Of a DNA stretch of 64,000 nt, positions 37,725 to 49,500 are shown piece by piece. Below the pieces are notes generated by a model that saw nothing but the letters and a program-made list of their open reading frames with translations, made no database searches and was not told the DNA's origin. Position 1 is the first letter of the stretch. Each line of letters opens with the position of its first letter. The position numbers and the translations under genes are program-made. This stretch comes from an uncultured virus (IMG/VR IMGVR_UViG_3300030330_002209) (Duplodnaviria; Heunggongvirae; Uroviricota; Caudoviricetes): the IMG/VR virus record IMGVR_UViG_3300030330_002209, positions 1 to 64,000 of that record, one strand, 5' to 3'.

Positions 37725-38074
37725 TGGCACAATTTACTATAACATTTGCAGAAGATCTTAACTCGTCAGTTCAAGTTGGTGACATAGCGTATTATGCTAC
37801 TGTAACGGCTAACTCTGGTTTTCAAACGTCTAGTACTTCTCATGAAATAGGTACTATTATAAGTGTTGATAGGGTTAACAAACAAATAGTTGTATCGAGC
37901 ACTTTACCAAACAACACTTTCACTACTGCTGATTATATATTTTTTAAAAAGTCTGATAAAGTTAACTTTGGTAGACTACTAGGTTATTACGCAGAAACTA
38001 AATTTAAAAACGACTCTGTTGTTCAAGGAGAAATGTTTGCCGCTAGTATGGGAGTATTTGAAAGTAGTAAATAA
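37724..38074 (+). CDS. Hypothetical tail-module protein
   Basis: LNSSVQVGDIAYY...LLGYYAE...ESSK. Confidence 0.75.
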   Translation: MAQFTITFAEDLNSSVQVGDIAYYATVTANSGFQTSSTSHEIGTIISVDRVNKQIVVSSTLPNNTFTTADYIFFKKSDKVNFGRLLGYYAETKFKNDSVVQGEMFAASMGVFESSK

Positions 38075-38114
38075 AGCGCTCTAAGTGTAACTATATTTAT
38101 ATAAATTTAATTTA

Positions 38115-38585
38115 ATGAAAGATGTAATTAGTATTGACAATCAGTTAGCTAGTAGAAGTAAAATAGTAGATCTTGAAGAGAAGCTGTTATCTATGGCTAA
38201 TGATGAAACTATAATAGCTGGTGATAATAATGGATTAGGTAATCCCTTAACGCCACTAGAACACACGTTTGCAGACGGTATATACGTTAGACAAATGAAA
38301 ATGGACGCTGGTAAAGCTTGCGTTGGTAAAATACATAAGCGTAATCACGTTTGGTTTTTACTAGAAGGCTTGATAGCTGTAGCTACAGAGTTTGGTGTAA
38401 ATTATTACGAGGCGCCTTGTTATATAAAATCTGAAGGCGGGACAAAAAGAGTTATATTAGCTATTGAAGATACTATATTTGTAAACGTACACCCTAATCC
38501 AAACAACACTCAAGACTTAATAGAACTAGAAAAATACAACGTAGTCAACACTTATGAAGACTACGAAAAATTTAAAAATAAATAA
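38115..38585 (+). CDS. Cupin-like protein
   Basis: HTFADGIYVRQM...VGKIHKRNHVWFLLEG...GTKRVI.AIEDT.FVNVH. Confidence 0.7.
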   Translation: MKDVISIDNQLASRSKIVDLEEKLLSMANDETIIAGDNNGLGNPLTPLEHTFADGIYVRQMKMDAGKACVGKIHKRNHVWFLLEGLIAVATEFGVNYYEAPCYIKSEGGTKRVILAIEDTIFVNVHPNPNNTQDLIELEKYNVVNTYEDYEKFKNK

Positions 38586-38586
38586 T

Positions 38587-39195
38587 ATGTCATTTGTAGC
38601 AGTAGCAGTAGTTGCCGGTGTAGCTGGTCTTGCCAAAGTTGGTGTAGGTATGGCTGGCGCGGCAAAAGCTAAAAAAGAACAAGCAGCAGCTGAGCAAAAA
38701 CAAAAAGCTCAAATGATGCAATATGAAAATCTAGATAGATCTAATCCATATCTAAACATGGAAAACGTATACGAAGATCTAACAGTTAATCAAAAAGAAG
38801 CAGAGTTTACTAAACAACAACAAGAACAGCAGAGGGCTAATATTATGGGGCAAATGTCTCAAGCTGCTGGTGGCTCTGGTATTGCGGCATTAGCTCAAGC
38901 AATGGCTAATCAAGGATCGCTTGATGCTCAAAAAGCTTCTATTAGCATTGGTCAACAAGAAAAGGCTAATCAAATGAAAAAGCTTGCTGAAGACTCTAGA
39001 CTACAAGGCCTAGAAAGAGAGGGTGAGTTATACAGAAGAGAGCAGGAAGAAGAGTTAGTTACAACTCAGCTAGGTATGGCGCAAGCAGATGTAGCCGCGG
39101 CCGCTCAACAAAGACAACAAAATAGACAAATGATAGCTTCTGGTATTGGTGATATAGGTGGAGCTGCAATGAAACTAGGCGGAGTAGGCGCTTAA
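38587..39195 (+). CDS. Putative DNA ejection/pilot protein
   Basis: Hydrophobic G/A-rich N-terminus and Q/A-rich coiled coil; start reassigned to 38587. Confidence 0.65.
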   Translation: MSFVAVAVVAGVAGLAKVGVGMAGAAKAKKEQAAAEQKQKAQMMQYENLDRSNPYLNMENVYEDLTVNQKEAEFTKQQQEQQRANIMGQMSQAAGGSGIAALAQAMANQGSLDAQKASISIGQQEKANQMKKLAEDSRLQGLEREGELYRREQEEELVTTQLGMAQADVAAAAQQRQQNRQMIASGIGDIGGAAMKLGGVGA

Positions 39196-39210
39196 TAAAA
39201 AATTAAAATT

Positions 39211-40548
39211 ATGAATACAGCTTTAGTAGAATCATATAGACGAATGCGTCAAGCACAAGCTTCTGTAACTTGGTCAGAACCTGGTTTAATAGACTCTATG
39301 GTACAACCTGCTATAAAAGCTATTGAAGACAATTATGAGCGCAAATACGGCGGTGGAAGTGGTGGAGATAGTGAAGACGATCGAAGAGACAAAGATTTTC
39401 AGCTGTGGAAAAGAAAACAAGATTACTTACATCAACTTCAAGAAGATGGTTTACCTGATGAAAACAGGCAGTTTGGTGAAGATGTTGAAATTGAAGGCGA
39501 AGGAGATAGTACAGTAGACGCAAGCGCTGGCGCTAATATTGGTATATCATCGTCATCATCATTTAATAGACTTGCAAATCCTAACATGCAAGGCCCTGAG
39601 CTTAAGCAACTACCAATGGAAATGATGCCTAGGTTTAAAGCTGAACTTAGAGATAAAAAAGAAGATCAGTTTAAAAAGTACATTGTAGGCAAAGAAATAA
39701 AAGGTTTTGAAAAGTTTTTAGGTGGTAACGCTGCTGCAAGCAGATTTTTAAGAACGTGTAAAGATAAACTTGCTGAAGCAAAATCTATGAAAGATACTCA
39801 AGCAGAATCTAAGGTTGTATCTCTTATAACAAAGCTTAAATCTTCAGTACTTGAGTTAAACGCTGAGCTAAGCGAGTGGATTACTTATTCAGGCGGTGGC
39901 GAAGGTGGTAGTCCTATGTATTCAAAAGGTTCTAACAGAGAAAATATGTTTTTGACAGATCAAATTTTTTCAATGGCCGCGCCGATGGATATAAATGAAG
40001 AAACAGGCGAGGTTGGATTTGTTACTGTTAGCAGTGATGGTATGCAAAAGTTAGTTACATATAAAGCGGCTACTAAAAACTTATTTTTAAAAGCTTTTAA
40101 AGAAGAGCAGGTTGTAGGTGAGTTTAGTAAAGAGTTAAGAGCTCAAGCATTAAAAGATATACCTTTTAACAAGGCTAGAGTTAAAGGTTTTTTTGACAAC
40201 CTAATAGGCGGTACAAACTGGCAAGACGGTAGTAGGGATAATATTATAATGTCTTTTATACATGACGATATAGGTTTAACTGGAACTAGATTTATAGATC
40301 ATTTTAGACAAGCGTATCCTATGATTGATGCTAGCTTATTATTTAATACGTCTATGTGGGAACAGCCTATACAAGGTGTGCCTGCTAGAAAAATGATATA
40401 CGATGAAGTTGTTTCTTACAACGCGATGGTCGCTAGATTATTCCACAATCAAAATAGCCCAATGAGATCTAGACGTATTCAAGAAGTACAAGCTAAAGAT
40501 ATGTCTGCTGAAGAGATATATAACTACTACATGACTCGTAAAAAATAA
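39211..40548 (+). CDS. Putative internal virion/ejection protein
   Basis: Position between the pilot and giant proteins; helical. Confidence 0.55.
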   Translation: MNTALVESYRRMRQAQASVTWSEPGLIDSMVQPAIKAIEDNYERKYGGGSGGDSEDDRRDKDFQLWKRKQDYLHQLQEDGLPDENRQFGEDVEIEGEGDSTVDASAGANIGISSSSSFNRLANPNMQGPELKQLPMEMMPRFKAELRDKKEDQFKKYIVGKEIKGFEKFLGGNAAASRFLRTCKDKLAEAKSMKDTQAESKVVSLITKLKSSVLELNAELSEWITYSGGGEGGSPMYSKGSNRENMFLTDQIFSMAAPMDINEETGEVGFVTVSSDGMQKLVTYKAATKNLFLKAFKEEQVVGEFSKELRAQALKDIPFNKARVKGFFDNLIGGTNWQDGSRDNIIMSFIHDDIGLTGTRFIDHFRQAYPMIDASLLFNTSMWEQPIQGVPARKMIYDEVVSYNAMVARLFHNQNSPMRSRRIQEVQAKDMSAEEIYNYYMTRKK

Positions 40549-40554
40549 TTTATT

Positions 40555-43500
40555 ATGAATGAAGAACTAGCGTTGCTTATCGAGGACATGAAGTCTGACG
40601 GTAGGTCTGTAGAAGAAATTACAGCTTTTATAGAAAAATATGAAGCTGAAAAAGAAGCTGAAAAACAAAAAAATCTTCTTCCTAAAGCAGATGTACTTGA
40701 CCAACCTTTTGGTGGAAAAAAGACACAAGACTCTCAGAAACAGGGTGCGCCTGTAGAGTCTCAAACTGCAGCACCCGAAAGTACGGAGTCCAAATCGGAA
40801 GATACTTCATCGGAATCGTTAGACGATAGTCAATCATATACAAGCCCTATAGGTCTTCCTGAAGATGTTAACGTAGAAGTAAAAACTCAAGCAAACGTTA
40901 TTGTTGGTGGTCAACAAACAACCACTAAAGACTTGCAAAGCTACTATGACACGTATAGGCAAGAAGGCGAAACTAACGCCGATTTAATGGAGCGTATAAC
41001 GCCTAAAGAAATACCTGCCGCAGTGTTTAATCCTCAGTTACTTGAAGATCCAGCTGTTAGCCAGTCTTACATGGGCAGTGATGTTAAAAAGTTTGGAAAT
41101 TTACCTCATATAGAGATTGACGGAGTAATATACAACCCTAATATTTTTCTTGGCCAAGGCGCTTATACGCTTACAGATGGATCTCCAGCTAGTGAAGAAG
41201 ATATACAAAAACACAAAGAGCTTAGTTTACTTTATACTTATCAAGAACAAAATTCTGCTGATGCCGTTAGAGGTCAAGTAATTAAAGACGTTGGTTTAGA
41301 AAAGGCCGCTGAAATGTCTGACATACAGGTGAAAGACGTGTTAAAAAAGCCTTCTGATCTTGACTACATTACAAGCCAAGGGCAAGATGATCTTGAAGCC
41401 GCTGAGAACGAGTTTGACTACAAAGATTATCAAAATTTAAAAATTGAAAAAACAACAAACGATTTTAGTGTATATATAGCTAAAGAAGCATCTAAGCTTG
41501 AAGCTCAAATGCAAGCAGAGTTTGAAAGAAAAGTTGCTAACTTAAACACGCAGGAAGAAGCAGATGCGCTAGCAAAACAAATGCAAGAAGACTATGCTTT
41601 AAAGTTTCAACAATTGCAAGACGAGCAATGGAAAGTTTGGTCTGAATCTTATAAGCCTGAGTACAGTTTATGGAACGGTAAGTTAGAAGAAATCAACGCG
41701 ATGTTAGATGACGCTGGCTTTTACGAGTTAGATAGAGATCAAAAAAGAGTAGCTTTATCTAATATTTTAGAACAGCAAATGAGAACCATGCAAGAAGATG
41801 GTAAAGTTGTACCTAACGAAGAAGACATGCGTAATGAGTTTTATTCGTACTTTTTTGATAATCTTTATACAGACGAAAAAGGTCAGTACACTCAATTTGC
41901 TATGAAAGATATGGCAACAACTATTGGTGATGAAGCTGAAAAAAAGTTACAAGCATATTACAAAGAGCTTAAAGAAAAAGGAACACTTGATGGAAAAGAC
42001 TCAGCTTTAATGCGAATGCCAGACGGCCGACCTGTACCAATATTCTATACTGATGGCGAGCTAGAAAGATATGTTAGGCAAATATATCCAGAGTTAGCCT
42101 TAGCTGTAGAATACAGAGATGACATATTAGACAATCCAGAGACGTTAGGCGAGAGTGGGTTTATAAATTTTTTTAGAGGTTTAGGTGGAAGAAAAGGTTA
42201 CACTTATGTGCCTTTTGGTGGCTCTGTAATTGACATGGGAAATTCTTTTAATGCTTTAATATTAGCTAATAAAGAAGATAGAACTCAAGAAGAAGAAAAC
42301 GCTTTAGTGTTGTATCAGTTAAATCAAATGTCTCAGCAAAAGTCTAATGAACTTTCAACATCTTACAAAGCTGGTAACATGGCTGCTCAATCACTTCCTT
42401 TTATGCTTGAGTTTATAGCAACAGCAGGTTATTTTACTGCAGCTAAAGAGGGTATGGAAAAAGTTATTAAAGAAGTTTCAAATAAATATATTAAAAAACA
42501 AATAAAAAAGAATATTGCAAAAGGAACTCTTGGATCTTCAAAAGTTTTATTTGATAGTACTAAGTTTAAAGTATCTAAAGGTGTTCAAAAAACTGTTGCT
42601 GTTACCGTAGGAGCCTTAACTCAAACAGCTGTAAATCCTAGTAGATACTTAGATCAAACTTTTCAGAATATGACTCCTGAAATGGTTTTTGCTTATTCAG
42701 ATGAAGCCGATGGGTTAATTAATACTATTACAAAGCAAGGTGATAGCTTTCCAAAAGCTTTTGCTAAAGGTTTTGCAACAACCTCTTTAGAAAATTTAAC
42801 AGAGCGAATGGGGTTTTTAGCACCAAGTCTTGTTGGGAAACTTATTACTAAAGCTGGTGCAGACGATTTTTTAAAACGTATATCTTTAGGTAGATATATG
42901 AGAAAACTTAACTTAAATAAAAGCGAAGCTTTTCTTGATGTTATTAAAAAAAGAGCAGGTTGGAACGGTATATTGGGTGAAATATCTGAAGAGATGTATA
43001 ACATACCTTTGTCTAATCTTGTTAATGGTCAAGGTTTTGGTTTTGCAGGTTTTACTATGGACGATTTTAAGGCAATGGCTTTAAGTATCGGTGCAACTGC
43101 TGGTGGATTTTACGGGGCGGGTGTTGGTATAAACGCTATTCGTGGTAGAAAATCACCTACATATATTGTAGACTATCAAAGATTTCAAACAAAACAAGAG
43201 GCACTATCAAGACTGCAGCAGTTACAGCTTGAAGGAAAATTAGACGCTAATACAGATATAGAAATAAAAAATGATTTTGTAGCATTTGATGAAGTTTCAT
43301 CTTTTTTAGAAGAAAATGGATTAAGCAATAAGATTATTAAAACAGATGGGTTAGGTGTTTCAAGTGGACTTATTGCTACAAGTGAGGTTGAAGCGATGGA
43401 GCAAATAGAAAGTAAAGAGTTAAGAAAACAATTAGAAGAAATTAGCGAAGAAATAGGTATTCAAGAGCAAAAGAAAACAGAAATACTTAATAGCAAAACG

Positions 43501-46500
43501 CTAAACGATCAAAATAAAAAAAATCAAATAGCAGCGATAGAGCAAATTGATGCTTACTTAGCTGAATTAGTAAATGCTAAAGAAACAATACTAGCTCCAG
43601 TAAGAGATGCTATAACAGAGTACAAAAAAGAAGAAAGGTATAAAATACAACTAGCTAACGCTAAGAGAGCGCAAGAGCAACTTAACAAGGTAGCGCCTAT
43701 AAAAACTAGGTTTGTAGAAACTAATGACGAAGAAGAGGCGGCTCAGATGATGAGAGAAGAAGTTTTGCTTGCTAGTGGCTTAATTGAAATTAGAGACGGT
43801 GTTTACGTTGACATGAACACTGGTGATGAAGTCGTGTTAACACCACAGCAAGAAGCTGAAATTCAAAGAGAAGTTGATAAAGGAAGAACTAGTCATGGAT
43901 ATGCTAGCAACTTTACTAACGAGGCTACTGGAGAGAGACTGCTTATAATAAACAAACAAGAGGCGTTAAAACAAAAAGGTATGAACGTCGCGGCTCATGA
44001 GTTTTTTCACGAGTTTTTACGTAAGTCGCTTAGAGATAACCCTGCTATGGCTGTTGTTATAGGTCGCGCTTTACGTGATGAGCTATTACTAATAGATCCT
44101 AGGCAAGTTAGAGATACTAATTTTAGAAATAGATTAGTAGCTTATCAAGATCAATCTGCAGAAGTTAGAGCAGAAGAAGTATTAGCGTTATTTTCAGACG
44201 CTCTAGCTAATGGCACTGTGCAGTATAAAGAAACGTTCTTTACTAAGCTAGGTGATATGATTAGAAGAATCATGCTTCACTTTGGCGTGCCAGTTAAATT
44301 TAAGACTGGTAGAGATGTATTTAACTTTATAAGAGATTATAACAAAGCTATTGAGTCTAAAAGAGGTTTAAGTCGAGGTCTTATTACAACAGCTTTAGAA
44401 GGCGCTAAATTAGAGGGCGCTTTAAAAGCTGAAGTAGACATGATCAACGACATGTTAGATGATTTTAATAAAAATTACGAAACATATCTTAGAGAAGCAG
44501 ATCCAAAAGATCTTGATGAAAATCAACTTCAAGCTCTTGAAAGAGTACAGCAAGGAGAAAAAGTACTTAACATTGATAACCTACAGCAAATGGGAGCAGT
44601 TCGTTATTCAAGAGAAGGCATACCAGCTGATAAACTTACTAAAGAAGAGTTGGCAAAAGCTGTTAACGATATGATGGCTCCGCTAGTTAATCTTAAAAAG
44701 AAAAGAAACGACGGAACTATTACAGAACAAGAAGAGCGTATGCTAGAGCGTATGGAGGCTGATATACCTGGTAGAGCTGCTTTCTTCTACATGGGTATGG
44801 CTCAAGATGCTTTTACAAGCGCTCTAAACAATGCGCCAACAGAAGATATTAGAAGAGACTTAATAGATAATAAAGATGATATTATAGCTTTATTACTTTA
44901 CGATCCTGGAACTGAAGGTGCTAAAGGTAGAACTGTTGTAGCGTTATTAAAAGATTTTGACCCAGCAAAACATAAATACGAAAACGCCGCTGCTTACGTT
45001 AATCAATTTTTCAAAAAAAGATCTTTAGAAATATTTGCTAGAAGAGGTGTTGAAGATGTGGCTGCTAAGTCTATAGAGCAAGACGAAGCTACAAAAAAGA
45101 AAGTTGAAGGTATGACAGGGCCTAACTCTGATCAAGTAGAGGCAAAAACAAAAGGTAGGGTTTTAGGAGCTGATCTTGGCTTACATGAGTACGACGAAAA
45201 CGGCAATAGAATTGATGCTCTAAGAAAAGAAGCTGACAGGCAATTAGACATACTGCTAGAGCAAGAATCACCCTCTTTCGCAGATTCACCATCTTTTACG
45301 GCTCCGTTCATATCTGAGTTGTCAGGCGTTCCAGCTAAAAAAATAACAGATAAAGCAGCTAACTTAAATCAACACTTAGGGCCTGCTAGAAGGTTTAATG
45401 CTAAGCATAAAGATATGCTTATAGCTATGAGGCCTAGGCATTACACTGTTAAGATGGTTGAGGTTTCAAAAGATGTTTTTGAGGCTAGACCTGATAGAGC
45501 TATCGGTATACCTAATAAAATTAAAAACTTAGGATACAATAAAGGAACAAGAAAAGCTAACTTAACACCTTGGCATATAAAATCTATAAGTAGCTCAGAG
45601 TTTGATAATTTCATAGCGCCAAGAAATCCTGACGGAACAGTAAATGAAAGCGATAGGAATATTTCTCAAAACAATAAAGCTTGGTTAAATCTACTTGACA
45701 AAGTAATGAGTAATCAAGAGCTACGTATGGCAGCTATAGACAGAGGTTTACCAATGGAGTGGATAGGTAGGATGCGTGATGGTAACTCTAATTATTTGTT
45801 TTCAAAAGAAGTAAGAGCTTTAGGTATTGACAATGAAGCTGTGTTTTACGGTAGGCTTAGCGAGTTTGGCTCTGAACCAATGACAGCTGATGTTAAGTCT
45901 ATACAAGAAGCTTTAATGCGCGTGTATCCAGATATAATGACTAGAGGTACCGCTGGTAAAATAGCTAAAGAATTATCTAAGTTTATAAAACAATACCAAA
46001 ACATAGAAAAAAGCTTTATTGGCTTAGGTAAAATACCACCTAGAAGCTTTGAAGAGTTTTTAGCTGATAATGTTAACCTACCAGAGTTTAATATAACTAG
46101 GCTTCTTGAAGTAAAACAAGACGGTAAGTTCATGAAAAACTCAGAGCTATATGATAATATAGACTTTGTTAGAAATCAAAGAGCATCTGTAGTTGACATG
46201 GGTAACTACATGATACAAGATCTTAAAATGAAACCTGAAGAGGTTATTAGATATATGTTGGCTTATTTAAAACCTATGTATGCTGGCGCTAGTAAAATAG
46301 GTAGAGGAGCTATTGGTGTTAGAGAAGACGGAACTTTATATTATAAAGAAGGTTTTGAAGGTGGCACGCCTAGAGGTATGGTGTTTGAAAGCGTTAGAGA
46401 TTTTATTGAAAACGGTGTAAATAAAATAGACGGTATAAACATTGATCTTTCTAAAGTTACTGATGCAGGAGGAAGTATACAGAATAAAAAAATGATAGAA

Positions 46501-49500
46501 GTATACGGTGCTGACGTAACAGCTTTACCACAAAGCGCTAAAGGCATGATGAACAAGCATAATAAGCTTGGTAAAGAAAAGTTTTTTGAAGCTGTAGATA
46601 AAGAGACAAAAGAAGTAAGACAGCTTATAGACGTAATGATGAGATACTTTGTTGGCCGAGTTAAAGACGGCAGCTTAGGTAGAAACGACCTAGCTATGAT
46701 GATGTTGTCTTTGAACGCTGGGTTAGACACGCCTATGAGAAGAGCTGCTAACTTAGCATATATAGGAAGAGATGTTGAGAACATGGACCCTAGCAAAATG
46801 ACCTCTAGCACCGTAGCTTACGAGCACATGATACCTGCAAACTATATGGCTGTTAAACTGCTTGATCAGTATATGAACAAAGGCGGTGTAGAGGACTTAG
46901 ATGCTTTTTACAAGAATTACAACGTAGCTATTATATCAGCTAAGATGGACGATGTTTTAAAGAAACAAGGTCTACTTTCTATGATGCCTGTAGGCTATGA
47001 TATAAACACACCGGCCTGGGTTAGATATTATAATTTTAGAACTCAAGGTTTTAAAGATATAGTAGGATTAACTGCTTTAGACCTAAGAGCACAAGATGTT
47101 GAGGTTGCTGATGCTTTTACTAAAGCAAACGAGATATTAATTGACAATCCTAACGAACTACAAGTTAAGAAAAACTACGATAAAGCTATAATAAACGCTA
47201 GACTACACTCTAAAGAAACACCTTCAAGAGGCATGTCTACGTTTGACTTTGACGAAACACTAATTGACAAAGGAGAAAACTTTATTATAGCTAGAAAAGA
47301 CGGACAAGAAGTTAAGATTAGTTCTGGTCAATGGCCTATACAAGGGCCTCAATATGCGGCTGACGGTTGGACTTTTGATTTTACAGATTTTGTAAATGTA
47401 AGAGGTGGTATTGAAGGACCGCTATTACAAAAAATGAGAAATCAAATTAAAAAGTATGGACCAGAGAACGTATATGTTTTAACAGCTAGACCTGCTGAGT
47501 CTGCTACAGCTATACACGGTTGGCTAAAAACTAAAGGCATAAACATACCTTTAAAAAATATTACTGGCCTAGGCAATAGTACTGGCGATGCTAAAGCTGC
47601 TTGGTTTTTAGAAAAGTATGCAGAAGGCTATAATGATATGTACTTTGTTGACGACGCTTTACCAAACGTAGAGGCTGTTAAACACGTGTTTGATCAACTA
47701 GATATTAAAGGTAAGTCTGTTATTGTAAGACCTAGATATAGCCTTGACCCAGAGTCAAAGCTTAATGAAATGTTAGAGCGTAGCAAGGGCGTTGATAGAA
47801 ACCAAACTTTCAATAGAGTTCAAGCAAGAAATAAAGGTAAAGGAAATAGAATAAGACAATTATTTATACCACCTAGCGCAGATGACTTTGAAGGTTTAAT
47901 GTACTATAACTATGGTAAAGGAGAGCAAGGTAATGCTGATGCTCAATTTTTCAAAGAAATGTTTTTTGATCCGTATAATAGAGCGGATAGAGAGCTTGAC
48001 ATGTATAAGCAGACGTTAAGAGAAGATGTTATGGCTATTAAAAAGCAATTTCCAAAAGTTGCTAAAAAGCTTAACAAAGACTTTGCTAAAACTGGCTATA
48101 CTAACGAGCAGGCTATGCGTATATACATATACAACAAATACGGATATGAAGTTCCTGGCATGTCTTTTGAAGAGGTTACTGCTATAGCAGAAGCTGTAGC
48201 AGCAGACTCTGAAATGGCTGCGTTTGCTGATCTAATGGACAAAGCAATGAAGATGGACTTTTACGTTCAACCAAGATTAGGTTGGAACGCCAGCTCTTTC
48301 AATGGTGATATGGCTGATGCTGCTAGAGCAAAAAGAGAAATATTCTTACAAGAGTGGGTAGAAAATATAGACGCTACTTTTACTCCTGAAATGCTTAACA
48401 AGCTAGAAGCTATACATGGCTCTGGCTATAGAAGTGCTCTTGAAGACTCGATAGCTCGTATGAAGTCTGGAACTAATAGACCTACAATTAAGAATAAACA
48501 AGTTAATAATTTCTTAGACTGGCTAAACGGTTCTGTTGGTGCTATTATGTTCTTTAATGCTAGATCTGCTGTACTACAGACTTTATCTACAGTTAACTTT
48601 ATTAACTTTGAAGACAACAATGTGTTTGCAGCTGCTAGAGCGTTTGGTAACCAAAAACAATATTGGGCAGACTTTGTGTTTTTGTTTAACTCTCCTATGC
48701 TTAAACAACGACGCGGCGGTATACAGTCTGACCTAAATGCTTCAGAGCTTGCTAGACTAGCAGAGAAAGGTGGTGTTAGGGCTGTTATAGGTAGATTACT
48801 TCAGTTTGGTTTTACTCCTACGCAGATAGCGGATAGCTTTGCTATTGCGGCCGGTGGTTCTACATACTATAGAAACAGAGTTAATAAGTATGTTAAAGAA
48901 GGTATGAGTCAAACAGAGGCTGAAACAAGAGCGTTTGAAGACTTTCAAGAAATAGCAGAAGCTACTCAGCAGTCTAGTAGGCCAGATAAAATATCTCAAG
49001 AGCAAGCTTCGGTATTAGGTCGTTTGATACTAGCGTTTCAAAATACGCCAATGCAGTATAACAGGCTTATAAAGAAAGCAGCGCTAGACTTAATTAACGG
49101 TAGAGGTGATTGGAGAAGTAATGTGTCGAGAATAATTTACTATGGAGCTGCTCAAAATATTATATTCTCAGCCCTTCAAAACGCTTTGTTTGCTGTAATG
49201 TTTGATGATGACGATCAAGATGATGAGTTTTTAGATACTAAAGTACAAAGAATAGGTAATAGTACATTAGACTCACTTCTTAGAGGTTCCGGTATATATG
49301 GCGCTATATTATCTACAGCTAAAAATACCATCATGCGATTTATGTATGAAAGAGAAAAAGGCAAACGAGCGGATCATGGTAGAACTTTAGTTGAAGCTTT
49401 AAATGTATCTCCACCTCTTGGTTCAAAAGCTAGAAAAATGTATTCAGCTATGACTACAGATAAGTGGGATAAAGATATTTACGATAAAATACCTTTGTAC

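Noticed and set aside
47240..47265. DFDET in the giant protein as a crAss-like virion RNA polymerase catalytic motif
   Set aside because: Lacks the third Asp of DxDxD; downstream LTAR and VDD motifs fit a HAD phosphatase
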